Shown here piece by piece: positions 52,145-60,931 of a stretch of DNA of 64,000 bases. Below the pieces are notes generated by a model that ran no database searches, was not told the DNA's origin, and saw only the letters and a list, made by a program, of their open reading frames with translations. The stretch comes from Rhizobium sp. Q54 (GTDB taxonomy: Bacteria > Pseudomonadota > Alphaproteobacteria > Rhizobiales > Xanthobacteraceae): assembly GCA_945870035.1 (NCBI GenBank), contig CAMBQQ010000004.1, positions 197 to 64,196 on the forward strand, read 5' to 3'. Numbering within the stretch: position 1 is the stretch's first letter; each line of letters opens with the position of its first letter. The translations under genes and the position numbers were made by a program.

Positions 52145-53452
52145 TTATGACTTGGCCGTCTGTCGGACCCGTTCGAGCGGGGCCTCGCTGCCGCCGCCGA
52201 GGCTGCGCCAGTTCGTCGTCTTCGGTACCACGCCTTCGTAGGAGCTGATGGTGGCGTGCGCGATGTGCGGCTCGGTGGTGCCGAGAGCCGCGCTGCCGCC
52301 TTGCACGGCGCGAGCGGCTTCCACCATCAAGCGGCGGAAGGCGACCACCGCGGTGTCGCTGGCGCCGACACGGTCCTTCGATCGGTCGCTGATCGACCCC
52401 ATCGATTCCCACATGGCGATGTCCTGATTGGGGATGCCGCTGATGCCGGTGAAATTGCCGGCCTTCATCGCCGCGCGGTCCTGGCCGTACAGGTTGTCGC
52501 GATTGCGCACGCCGTTGAAATGTTCGTCGACATCGACGCCCCATTCCAGTTTGTTGAATTTGCGCCAGGTGTTGGCGTCGATGCCGGGCTTGTCGGCGCC
52601 GGCCCAGGCGATGAAATAGAAGATCGTTGTGTTGTCGTCTTCCGGCGTGAGCAAGGTGGCGACGTTGTAGGAGCTGTTCGGCGGAATGAGCGCGGTGTAG
52701 GGCGCGATATAGACCGTGGTGCGGATGTAATCGTGCGTCGCCTCGTTCATGATCGGGCGCCGGATCGCCGCATAGCGAAAGCCGTAGCTGGTGCGCTCGA
52801 TCTGGAAGCGCGGCGCCTTGTCGTTCGACGGCCGCAGCCATGTCGCTTCCGTCGCCTTCGCCACTTCGACATCCGCCGGCAGCATGTCGGAGGAATGCAG
52901 GCTGGACGAATGCGCCGAATCGATCTGGCCTTCGAGGATTTGCGCCCAGTTGCAGTTCACCCGGACCTTGGTCGCGCTGACCTTGGCGTCCTTCGTCGGC
53001 GCGAAAGCCGGCGGCTCGAACGGGCGCATTTCGTCGGCCGGTCCCATGTAGCACCAGACGAAGCCGCCGTGCTCGTGGGCCGGATAGGATTTGTGTTTGA
53101 CGCGGTCGGGAATGAGGCTGTTGGCCGGTTCGGACGCCATCTCGACGATGTTGCCGTCCACGTCGAACTTCCAGCCGTGATAGAGACAGCGCAGGCCGCA
53201 TTCCTCGTTGCGCGCGAACACCAGCGACGCGCGCCGGTGCGAGCAATATTCGTCGAGCACGCCGATGCGGCCTTTGGAGTCGCGAAACACGACGAGGTCT
53301 TCGCCGAGCAGGCGAACCTTGATCGGCTTGCCGTCGGCTTCCGGCACTTCCTCGGAGAGGCAGGCAGCGATCCAGTGACGACGCATGATCGCGCCCATTG
53401 GCGCATCGCCCTCGACGCGGCACAGCAGATCGTTTTCTTCCGGCGTCATCAT
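52145..53452 (-). CDS. Rieske non-heme iron oxygenase (phthalate 4,5-dioxygenase/LigX-like family)
   Basis: CSHRRASL..CLYHGW Rieske site, EGQIDSAHSSSLH iron site and NQDIAMWESMG. Confidence 0.9.
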   Translation of the reverse strand: MMTPEENDLLCRVEGDAPMGAIMRRHWIAACLSEEVPEADGKPIKVRLLGEDLVVFRDSKGRIGVLDEYCSHRRASLVFARNEECGLRCLYHGWKFDVDGNIVEMASEPANSLIPDRVKHKSYPAHEHGGFVWCYMGPADEMRPFEPPAFAPTKDAKVSATKVRVNCNWAQILEGQIDSAHSSSLHSSDMLPADVEVAKATEATWLRPSNDKAPRFQIERTSYGFRYAAIRRPIMNEATHDYIRTTVYIAPYTALIPPNSSYNVATLLTPEDDNTTIFYFIAWAGADKPGIDANTWRKFNKLEWGVDVDEHFNGVRNRDNLYGQDRAAMKAGNFTGISGIPNQDIAMWESMGSISDRSKDRVGASDTAVVAFRRLMVEAARAVQGGSAALGTTEPHIAHATISSYEGVVPKTTNWRSLGGGSEAPLERVRQTAKS

Positions 53453-53501
53453 GGCGGCGTCCTCCAGTCCGGCGCGATACCCGCAATTTTCGCTCGCGCA
53501 T

Positions 53502-53525
53502 CTTTTCTTAGATATCTAAGATAAG
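53502..53525. promoter_or_regulatory. Palindromic operator candidate between divergent oxygenase and dehydrogenase
   Basis: Perfect 16-mer tcttagatatctaaga (53506-53521), extendable to 24 bp with one mismatch. Confidence 0.7.
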
Positions 53526-53559
53526 CTGCGGACGGCAATCTTGTCGAGGCGGACCCACC

Positions 53560-54714
53560 TTGAACGACGTCGAAAATCGGACGCTGAAACTGGGCGTTGT
53601 CGGCCTTGGCCGCGCTTTCAGCCTGATGCTGCCGACTTTTACGGGTGATCCGAGGGTTGCGCTGGTGGCCGCGGCAGATACCCGCGCGGCGGCGCGGCGG
53701 CGCTTTGCCGCGGATTTTGGCGGCAAAGCTTATGCATCGGCCGAGGAACTCTGCGCGGATCCAGATGTCGAGGTGGTTTATATTGCGACGCCGCATCAGT
53801 TTCACGCGCAACAGGCGGTGCTGGCGGCTGGCCATGGCAAGCATCTCCTGATCGAAAAGCCGCTGGCGCTGTCGCTTCAGGACGGCGCCGCGATCGCGGA
53901 GGCCGCGCGGGCGAACGGCGTTCATCTGGTCGTCGGCCACTCGCATTCGTTTGACGCGCCGGTGCAGCGCCTGCGCGCGCTCGTCCAAAGCGGCGCGTTT
54001 GGCGCGGTACGCATGATCAACGCCATCAACTACACCGACTATCTGTATCGTCCGCGGCGTCCGGAAGAACTCGACACAGCCTTGGGCGGGGGCGCGGTCT
54101 ATAACCAGGCGGCGCATCAGGTCGACGTCTTGCGCTTTGTTGCCGGCGATCGGGTGACCGGCGTGCGTGCGATGACCGGCGCGTGGGACAAGGCGCGGCC
54201 AACTGAAGGCGCCTATGCCGCCTTGCTGACGTTTGCCAGCGGCGCGTTCGCTTCGCTGACCTACAACGGCTTCGGCCACTTTGATTCCGACGAATGGCAA
54301 AACTGGATCGGTGAATTGGGTCAGCAAAAGTCGCCGCAAGGAACGGTGCGGCAGCGTTTCGCCAATGCGGAGGAGGAAACGGCTTTCAAGGATGCTCGCA
54401 ATTATGGCGGCGATAATTACAAACACGCGGCGGCGCCGGCGGGGCATAACCACTTCGGTACCGTCCTGGTCAGCTGCGACCGCGCCGACCTGCGCGCCAT
54501 GCCGAACGGCGTCATGATTTATGAGAACGGATCGGGACGTCTCGATGAACTGCCGCCGCCCGCCGTGCCGCGCAGCGAAGTCATCGACGAACTGTACCGA
54601 GCCGTTGTGTTCGACGAAAAGCCGTTGCATGACGGCGCCTGGGCGACGGCGACCATGGAAGTCATGATCGCCATGCTGCGCTCGGCGCGCGAAGGCCGCG
54701 ATGTCGCGATCTAG
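53560..54714 (+). CDS. Gfo/Idh/MocA oxidoreductase (cis-dihydrodiol dehydrogenase, OphB/Pht4-like)
   Basis: GVVGLGRAFSLMLP, YIATPHQFH, EKP and GHSHSFD. Confidence 0.85.
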   Translation: MNDVENRTLKLGVVGLGRAFSLMLPTFTGDPRVALVAAADTRAAARRRFAADFGGKAYASAEELCADPDVEVVYIATPHQFHAQQAVLAAGHGKHLLIEKPLALSLQDGAAIAEAARANGVHLVVGHSHSFDAPVQRLRALVQSGAFGAVRMINAINYTDYLYRPRRPEELDTALGGGAVYNQAAHQVDVLRFVAGDRVTGVRAMTGAWDKARPTEGAYAALLTFASGAFASLTYNGFGHFDSDEWQNWIGELGQQKSPQGTVRQRFANAEEETAFKDARNYGGDNYKHAAAPAGHNHFGTVLVSCDRADLRAMPNGVMIYENGSGRLDELPPPAVPRSEVIDELYRAVVFDEKPLHDGAWATATMEVMIAMLRSAREGRDVAI

Positions 54715-55276
54715 TGCACAGCCCGATACGCAAGCGATCCTGCGCCATTGGCGCGAGGCGGTGCCGAACGATCGTCTGGCGCATCTGGTCAAGGATGCGA
54801 CCCGCGCGCTGGTGCGCGCTCTGACGATGCGGTTGGCCGAGCATGCCGTCTCGTTCGGGCATTGGACGTTTCTGCGAATTTTGTGGGAAGGCGACCGGCT
54901 GACCCAGCGCGAACTGAGCGAACGCGCCGGCGTCATGGAGCCGACAACATTTTCAGCGCTCAAGGCGATGGAGCGGCTTGGCTATATCCGTCGCCGCAAG
55001 TTCACCGGTGACCGCAAGAAGGTCTATGTGCTGCTGACCGCGAAAGGGCGGTCGCTGCGGCGGGTGTTGGTGCCGCTTGCCGAGGACGTCAATCGCATTG
55101 CCGTGCGCGGCGTTAAACCCGCGGCTATCGCCACGACCCGCGGCGTTCTCATATCGATCATCGAGAACATGGCGCGCGATGAAACCGCAATCGATATGAA
55201 AATGCCGTCGACACGGGCGCTGGCCGGATTAAAGAGAAAAGCGCCGGGCCGTCGGCCGAAGAGCGGCAAATCCTAG
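54701..55276 (+). CDS. MarR family transcriptional regulator
   Basis: LTQRELSERAGV, DRKKVYVLLTAKG; overlaps the upstream gene by 14 nt. Confidence 0.9.
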   Translation: MSRSSAQPDTQAILRHWREAVPNDRLAHLVKDATRALVRALTMRLAEHAVSFGHWTFLRILWEGDRLTQRELSERAGVMEPTTFSALKAMERLGYIRRRKFTGDRKKVYVLLTAKGRSLRRVLVPLAEDVNRIAVRGVKPAAIATTRGVLISIIENMARDETAIDMKMPSTRALAGLKRKAPGRRPKSGKS

Positions 55277-55644
55277 TTGCGGGTCCATTGCGTCGATCGG
55301 CAAACAAGACCGCCAAGCACGCAGCCCGTCGTGGTCATGTTGCCGCCGGATGCTGTCAGCGTCGCCGACAAATTGATCTTGCGCTGCGGGTCGTAGCCGG
55401 AGCCTGACCATCCCTCGCCCTTCGGCGCGATCTTGAAGACAAGCTTGTCGCCGACTTTTTCCTTCTGCCCGGCCGGGTCCTTGATCCAGACATTGGTGGC
55501 GCAGATCGCGTCGCCGCAGTTTGCCATCTTGACGCGGGCGGCGCCGTCGCCGCGCAGCCAGGTGCCGAAAATGTCGTTCGGCTGGGCGCTTGCCGTTGCG
55601 GGGCAGAGCAGAGTGGCGAGGACGATAAAAGGGCGCAGATGCAA
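55273..55644 (-). CDS. DUF2147 family secreted protein
   Basis: Signal peptide, GTWL, WSGSGYDP and GCVLGGLVCRSTQWTR; TTG start inferred. Confidence 0.8.
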   Translation of the reverse strand: MHLRPFIVLATLLCPATASAQPNDIFGTWLRGDGAARVKMANCGDAICATNVWIKDPAGQKEKVGDKLVFKIAPKGEGWSGSGYDPQRKINLSATLTASGGNMTTTGCVLGGLVCRSTQWTRN

Positions 55645-55714
55645 TCGAGCCTCGCAGTATTCAGTGGCGTGTCGACTCTCTACGAGCCTGGCGCGCCGCT
55701 GGATCACCGGGACT

Positions 55715-56494
55715 TTAGCTTCTGAGCAGTTCCAGCGCCGCCGCGTGCGTGCGCGCATCGCCTGCGGCGACGATGCGGCCGCCGGCCTGTGCCGGGCCGC
55801 CTTCCCAGGTGGTGATAATACCGCCGGCGCCGAGGATGATCGGGATCAGCGCGACGATGTCGTGCGGCTTGATCTCGGTTTCGATCACGAGGTCGAGCTG
55901 TCCAGCCGCCAGCATGCAATAAGCGTAACAATCGCCGCCGTAGCGCGACAGCTTCACCTTGTTTTCGACCTTGACGAAACTGGCGCGGTCGGCGGCGTTC
56001 ATCAGCAGCGGACTGGTCGTGAACAGCACCGCGTCGCTTAAGGATTCGCATTTGCGCACATGCAAATCGCGCTCGCCCGCCGGGCCGCGATAATGCGCGG
56101 CGCCGCTGTCGCCGGTGAAGCGTTCGCGCGTGAACGGCTGGTGCATCATGCCGTAGACCGGCTCGCCGAAACGCATCAGGCCGATGAGGGTGCCCCAGGC
56201 GATCATGCCGGAGATGAAGGATTTGGTGCCGTCGATCGGGTCGAGTACCCAGACATATTCGGCGTCGGTCTGTTCGGAGCCGTATTCCTCTCCAAGAATG
56301 CCGTGTTCGGGGAAGGCGTCGCGGATCAGGCTGCGCATGGCGTCTTCGGCGGCGCGGTCGGCGGCAGTGACCGGATCGAAGCCCCGTTGCAGCTTGTTTT
56401 CGATGGTGAGCGCGGTGCGGAAGAACGGCAGGATGGTCTCGCCGGACGCGGTGGCGAGTTTGTCGACGAAACTGGTGAAGTCGATGGCGGTCAT
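55715..56494 (-). CDS. hisN: Histidinol-phosphatase (inositol monophosphatase family)
   Basis: FDPVTAAD, WVLDPIDGTKSF, WGTLI and GGDCYAY. Confidence 0.88.
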   Translation of the reverse strand: MTAIDFTSFVDKLATASGETILPFFRTALTIENKLQRGFDPVTAADRAAEDAMRSLIRDAFPEHGILGEEYGSEQTDAEYVWVLDPIDGTKSFISGMIAWGTLIGLMRFGEPVYGMMHQPFTRERFTGDSGAAHYRGPAGERDLHVRKCESLSDAVLFTTSPLLMNAADRASFVKVENKVKLSRYGGDCYAYCMLAAGQLDLVIETEIKPHDIVALIPIILGAGGIITTWEGGPAQAGGRIVAAGDARTHAAALELLRS

Positions 56495-56795
56495 GATGCC
56501 TCTTGCCCTTTCGACCTAACGGACCGGAGGCGCGGCGGCAACGGGCTCGGCCACTGGCCTCCTCAGTTGTCTTGGTGTTTCAAATCAGCAGTCAGTCACG
56601 TCGGCTCAAAATGGCCTCGAAACCAGGCCATTGGCCGATATCCCCTTATGGCAAGAATGTTGTGTGGAACCGCTCGCCCGGAGCGTTTTGTTGCGGTGCG
56701 AAAGCGCCGCCCGCAATTTTTTGCATAGCCTAAATACTAATCTGCGATATCAATATTCAGCTATGCAATAATGCATGGGAAATACCATTCTGGGC

Positions 56796-56824
56796 CTTGA
56801 TTTTTGTGCGGTGCGGCGTAGATT
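56796..56824 (+). promoter_or_regulatory. Sigma70-type promoter of the sRNA
   Basis: CTTGAT-N17-TAGATT with TTGTGCG in the spacer. Confidence 0.6.
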
Positions 56825-56830
56825 ATTGCA

Positions 56831-56921
56831 GTGCGATAGTGAGCTTTTGCTCCTACCGTTGCCCTCCTTGGGCGTTTCCTCCCTAGACTTGGGCCGCTCT
56901 TCGTGAGCGGCCCTTTTTTTT
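56831..56921 (+). ncRNA. mmgR: suhB/MmgR (alpha-r8 family) small RNA; 5' end inferred
   Basis: CCCTCCTTGGGCGTTTCCTCCCTAGACTT core, then a terminator hairpin and T8; located between an IMPase-family gene and N-formylglutamate amidohydrolase. Confidence 0.85.
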
Positions 56922-56925
56922 GCAG

Positions 56926-57816
56926 CTATTCCGCCGCGGCGGCGCGATAGGGCCGCAGTTCCTCAAGCGGGATGTCGCCCAGGCGATTGGCCAGGGTCAC
57001 CAGATCCGCGGCCAGGCGGCTGAAGCCGGAAACCCGCTGGTAGCGCCGCTCGTCCATATAGAGCGCGCGGTTGATCTCGAGCTGGACGGCATGCAGGCCG
57101 GCGGCCGGGTTGCCGTAATGCTCGGTGATGAAGCCGCCGGCGTAAGGCTTGTTGCGGCTCACGGTGTAGCCCATGCCGCGCAGGGTCTGTTCGACGGTTT
57201 CCGCCACCACGCCGACGCAACTGGTGCCGTAACGGTCGCCGATGACGAATTCCGGTCGCGGCCGTTCGTCCTTGTGCCCGGCGGTCGACGGCATGGAATG
57301 GCAGTCGATCAGCAAAGCGGCGCCGAAATCGCGGTGCAGGCGGGTGAACAGCTTCCGCAGCGCCCGGTGGTAGGGCTTGTACAGGCTCTCGATGCGGGCC
57401 AGCGCGTCGTCGATCGGGATGCGCCGGTCGTAGATTTCCTGGGCATCGCCGACCACCCGCGCCACGGTCCCAAGGCCGCCGGCCACCCGCATCGAGCGGG
57501 TGTTGGCAAAGGATGGCAGCCGGCCGTCGAACATGCGCGGGTCCAGCTCATAAGGCTCCCGGTTGACGTCAACGAAACAGCGCGGGAAGTGCGCCCGCAT
57601 CAGCGGATAGCCCTGTGTCACCACGCCGGCCATCAGTTCGTCGACGAAACTGTCCTCCGAGCGCCGCAAGGTGCCGATATCGAGCCGCGACAGTTGAAGG
57701 AATTCATACGGGTAGGTCGAGCCCGAATGCGGCGAATTGAACAGCGCCGGGCCCCGGCACACCTCCGGCTCGACAATCTCGAACGCCGGGTCCAACTCGT
57801 CCTTTGGATCAGTCAT
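56926..57816 (-). CDS. N-formylglutamate amidohydrolase
   Basis: NSPHSG, DVNREP, PYHRAL, DCHSMPS, NKPYAGG and QLEINRALY. Confidence 0.92.
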   Translation of the reverse strand: MTDPKDELDPAFEIVEPEVCRGPALFNSPHSGSTYPYEFLQLSRLDIGTLRRSEDSFVDELMAGVVTQGYPLMRAHFPRCFVDVNREPYELDPRMFDGRLPSFANTRSMRVAGGLGTVARVVGDAQEIYDRRIPIDDALARIESLYKPYHRALRKLFTRLHRDFGAALLIDCHSMPSTAGHKDERPRPEFVIGDRYGTSCVGVVAETVEQTLRGMGYTVSRNKPYAGGFITEHYGNPAAGLHAVQLEINRALYMDERRYQRVSGFSRLAADLVTLANRLGDIPLEELRPYRAAAAE

Positions 57817-58042
57817 CGGCAGGGGCACTCGTCAGGAGCAGGGGCCCGCCTCGAGCGGGCGGCGAATCTATTGGGAAAGCGCTAAATTTAGGCGCACTAT
57901 ACGTTCTATTGTCCATAGGCCCGGGGATAAAGCCAAGCTTTGGTTTTGGTTCACCCGTTATTTACCCGGCATCGGTCTTATGGGTCGCGAAATGCCGGTA
58001 TTTGGGCCGGGCGTACACGGGCGTTAGGGGCGTTTGGAAACG

Positions 58043-58402
58043 ATGTCGAAAATCCTGCTGGCTGAAGACGACACCGATATGCGGCGCTTTCTGGTCAAGG
58101 CGCTTCAAAATGCCGGATTTGACGTCACCTCTTATGACAACGGCCTGTCGGCCTATCAGCGCCTGCGTGAAGAGCCGTTCGAACTGCTTTTGACCGATAT
58201 CGTGATGCCGGAAATGGACGGCATCGAGCTGGCGCGCCGCGCCGCTGAACTCGATCCCGACATCAAGATCATGTTCATCACCGGCTTTGCCGCGGTAGCG
58301 CTGAACGCCGATTCGACCGCGCCTAAGCAGGCCAAGGTCCTGTCCAAGCCGATCCACCTGCGCGACCTCGTCAACGAGGTCCACAAGATGCTGGCGGCCT
58401 GA
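58043..58402 (+). CDS. cpdR: Single-domain response regulator CpdR
   Basis: ILLAEDD, LTDIVMPEMDGIELA, FITGFAAVAL and SKP.HL; adjacent to tRNA-Val. Confidence 0.93.
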   Translation: MSKILLAEDDTDMRRFLVKALQNAGFDVTSYDNGLSAYQRLREEPFELLLTDIVMPEMDGIELARRAAELDPDIKIMFITGFAAVALNADSTAPKQAKVLSKPIHLRDLVNEVHKMLAA

Positions 58403-58428
58403 CCCAAAAAAAGGCTGCCTCTCCGGCC

Positions 58429-58457
58429 TTGCTTCGCCAGTTTGGAGCCGATAAGAC
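58429..58457 (+). promoter_or_regulatory. Sigma70-type promoter of tRNA-Val
   Basis: TTGCTT-N17-TAAGAC, 12 nt before the tRNA. Confidence 0.55.
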
Positions 58458-58469
58458 CACAGCACTAAA

Positions 58470-58544
58470 GGGCGCGTAGCTCAGCGGGAGAGCACCTCCT
58501 TGACATGGAGGGGGTCACAGGTTCGATCCCTGTCGCGCCCACCA
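58470..58544 (+). tRNA. tRNA-Val(GAC)
   Basis: GGGCGCG acceptor stem, anticodon arm cctcc-ttGACat-ggagg, GGTTCGATCC T-arm and encoded CCA. Confidence 0.98.
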
Positions 58545-58585
58545 TTCCTTTAGGCACGTGTTCACGTCCTCACAACAGCCGGGCC

Positions 58586-59245
58586 ATGACTCAACGACGA
58601 TGGCTCCTCGCGCTGCTTGTCCCGATCCTCGCGGCCGGGGGACTGGCGCTGTTCTGGCTGTTTGACGGCTCCACCGGCGTCGAGTCGGTACAAGCCCGTA
58701 TATCCAGCCTCGGCAACTGGGCCCCGGTCGGCTTCATCCTTCTGTACGGCATTGCCACCGTCGCCATGATTCCGGGCGGCATCTTCGACCTCGCCGGCGG
58801 CGTCCTGTTCGGGCCGGTCTGGGGCAGCCTGTTCAATCTGGCTGGCGGCACGCTCGGCGCCGCCTTGGCCTTCCTGGTGGCGCGCTATATCGGCGCCGGC
58901 TGGGTCGAGCGCCGCGCCGGGCCGCGCATGCAAAAGATCATGCGCAGCGTCGAAGCCGACGGCTGGCAGTTCGTCGCCTTCGTCCGGCTGGTGCCGATCT
59001 TCCCGTACAACGTCGTCAACTATCTGCTCGGCGTCACCCGCATTCCGTTCCACCATTACCTGCTGGCAACCGTGGTGTTCATGGCGCCGTCGACGGTCGC
59101 CTATACCTGGATCGGCCATGCCGGCAGCCAAGCGATGACCGGCGAGACCGACAACATTTATTACGCGCTCGTCGTGCTGGCGCTCGTCGCGGTCCTCGTC
59201 ATGGCGCCGCGCTTCTACAGGCAGTTCCGCAAAAAACCGTCTTAG
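58586..59245 (+). CDS. TVP38/TMEM64 (DedA superfamily) membrane protein
   Basis: GGVLFG, AFLVARY and VRLVPIFPYNVVNYLLG. Confidence 0.88.
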   Translation: MTQRRWLLALLVPILAAGGLALFWLFDGSTGVESVQARISSLGNWAPVGFILLYGIATVAMIPGGIFDLAGGVLFGPVWGSLFNLAGGTLGAALAFLVARYIGAGWVERRAGPRMQKIMRSVEADGWQFVAFVRLVPIFPYNVVNYLLGVTRIPFHHYLLATVVFMAPSTVAYTWIGHAGSQAMTGETDNIYYALVVLALVAVLVMAPRFYRQFRKKPS

Positions 59246-59257
59246 GCAAAAACCGCC

Positions 59258-60073
59258 TCAGGTGTGAATGAGCGTGCCGACCGGCTCGCCATTGAGCGCC
59301 CTGGTCAGGTTGCCCGGCACCAGCCCATTGACGATGCGGATCGATTTGGCGAGCCTTGCGCGCGTCAGCAGCTCCAGCACCACTGGTTCGATCGGCAATG
59401 TCGGCAGCTTGCGCGCGATCAATTCGGCGGCGCTGATTTCCGGAATTAACTCGGCGTTCGGATCGGTCTTCGGATCGGCGGTGTAAACGCCATCGACATC
59501 CTTCAATAAAATCACCGAGCGCGCGCCGAACACTTCGCCGACCAGATAGGAGCCGGCATCGCTGCCATGCGGCGGAATCTTGCCGATGGCGGGCGGATGC
59601 TCCCACAGATCGTAAGGCGGAATGCCGTTGAACACCGCGCCGCGCGCCGCCGCCAGCATGGCCGGCAAAAGCTGCACGATAAACGGCGCTTCGAGATAGA
59701 CGAATCCGTGGCTGGCGAGCAGGCACGACACCATATAGGCGTTCTGCGCCGACGATTTGCCGGCGAGCACCGCGAGCGCGCCGGTCGGCATGCCGAGATC
59801 GAGTCCGACCGACAAGATGTGCCGCGCGCGGACGCCGGGGCCGACGCCGACCACCTGCATGTGTTCATGACGATTAGCCGCTATCTCGTCCAGCAACGGC
59901 AGCACCGCGCTCTGGCCCTTGTCCATGATCGACAGGCCGCCGATCTGGACGACATTGAGCTTCGGCAATATCGCGCGCACCGGCGCCTCGGTGCCGGCAA
60001 TGACCCTTTTATCGACCAGCGATTCGCGCATCAGCTTCGAGGCGACGTGTTGGGCGCTATGGAGGACGTTCAT
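59258..60073 (-). CDS. mosA: Molybdenum storage protein alpha-like subunit (amino-acid-kinase fold)
   Basis: HVASKLMRESL, GVRARHILSVGLDLG, IPPH, DGVYTADP and VNGLVPG..ALNGEPVGTLI resemble my recollection of Azotobacter MosA. Confidence 0.75.
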   Translation of the reverse strand: MNVLHSAQHVASKLMRESLVDKRVIAGTEAPVRAILPKLNVVQIGGLSIMDKGQSAVLPLLDEIAANRHEHMQVVGVGPGVRARHILSVGLDLGMPTGALAVLAGKSSAQNAYMVSCLLASHGFVYLEAPFIVQLLPAMLAAARGAVFNGIPPYDLWEHPPAIGKIPPHGSDAGSYLVGEVFGARSVILLKDVDGVYTADPKTDPNAELIPEISAAELIARKLPTLPIEPVVLELLTRARLAKSIRIVNGLVPGNLTRALNGEPVGTLIHT

Positions 60074-60927
60074 TGGGCACCTCGGCCTTTGAATTCCGCG
60101 TTGTAGATGATCGTGCCGACCGGCTCGCCGTTGAGCGCCGCGCTTAACTGGCCGGGCCGCAAGCCGTTGACGAACTGGATTTCGCGGATGTGGCGCGCGC
60201 TCAGCATCAGGTCGAGCACCGCGCGTTCCACAATGAGATCGTCCTGATCGGCCTTCAGCAATTCCTGCACGCTGATGCGCGGAATGAAGCGCGCATCGCG
60301 GTCCTTTTTCGGGTCGGCTGTGTAGAGGCCGTCTTCGTCCTTGACGTAGATCATCTTGCGCGCGCCATAGACCTCGGCGATCAGGAAACAGCCGGTGTCG
60401 GTGCGTTGCGGCGGAATGCGGCCGATCTCCGGATTCTGCTCCCACAATTTGTAGGGCGGCATGCCCTGGCAAATGACGGCGCCGCGCTCCATCAAATAAT
60501 GCGGCAGCGAGGGGAAGCCTTCCGGCTCCAGAAACGCGATGCCGTGCCGCGCCAGAAGATATTGCAGCATCTGCGCGTTCTGCCAGGCGACCGCGGTGCC
60601 GAGCACGGTCAAGACGCCGACCGGCAGGCCGAGATCGATGGCGAGCGAGTAGATATGCCGCGCGCGTGTGCCGGCGCCGGTGCCGAGGATCATTTTATAT
60701 TTGGAGAGATTGCCGACGATCTCATCGACCAGCGGCCCGACCGCGGCCTTGCCGCGATCCATGATCGACTGGCCGCCGATCTTGACGACATTGGCCCAGG
60801 GCAGGATGGCGACATCGGGTGTTGCTTCCGTGGCGCGTTGCAAATCCAGGTCGCTGAGCGAGCCGCCGACCAGTCTTTTGCCCAGATCGGTCAGCAATGA
60901 GTTGTCAGCAAGTTGTGTTGGCTGCAT
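60070..60927 (-). CDS. mosB: Molybdenum storage protein beta-like subunit
   Basis: VVKIGGQSIMDRG, GTGAGTRARH, QNAQML, GMPPYKLW, KDEDGLYTADP and FIPRISV resemble recalled MosB; ATGA overlap with mosA. Confidence 0.8.
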   Translation of the reverse strand: MQPTQLADNSLLTDLGKRLVGGSLSDLDLQRATEATPDVAILPWANVVKIGGQSIMDRGKAAVGPLVDEIVGNLSKYKMILGTGAGTRARHIYSLAIDLGLPVGVLTVLGTAVAWQNAQMLQYLLARHGIAFLEPEGFPSLPHYLMERGAVICQGMPPYKLWEQNPEIGRIPPQRTDTGCFLIAEVYGARKMIYVKDEDGLYTADPKKDRDARFIPRISVQELLKADQDDLIVERAVLDLMLSARHIREIQFVNGLRPGQLSAALNGEPVGTIIYNAEFKGRGAQ

Positions 60928-60931
60928 GGCG

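Noticed and set aside
58505-58585. N-terminal extension of the TVP38 ORF
   Set aside because: That ATG lies inside tRNA-Val; 58586 is the plausible start.
59258-60927. Calling the two kinase-fold genes uridylate kinase (pyrH)
   Set aside because: Tandem paralogues with RARH, PPY and IPP motifs fit MoSto better, and there is no tsf/frr context.
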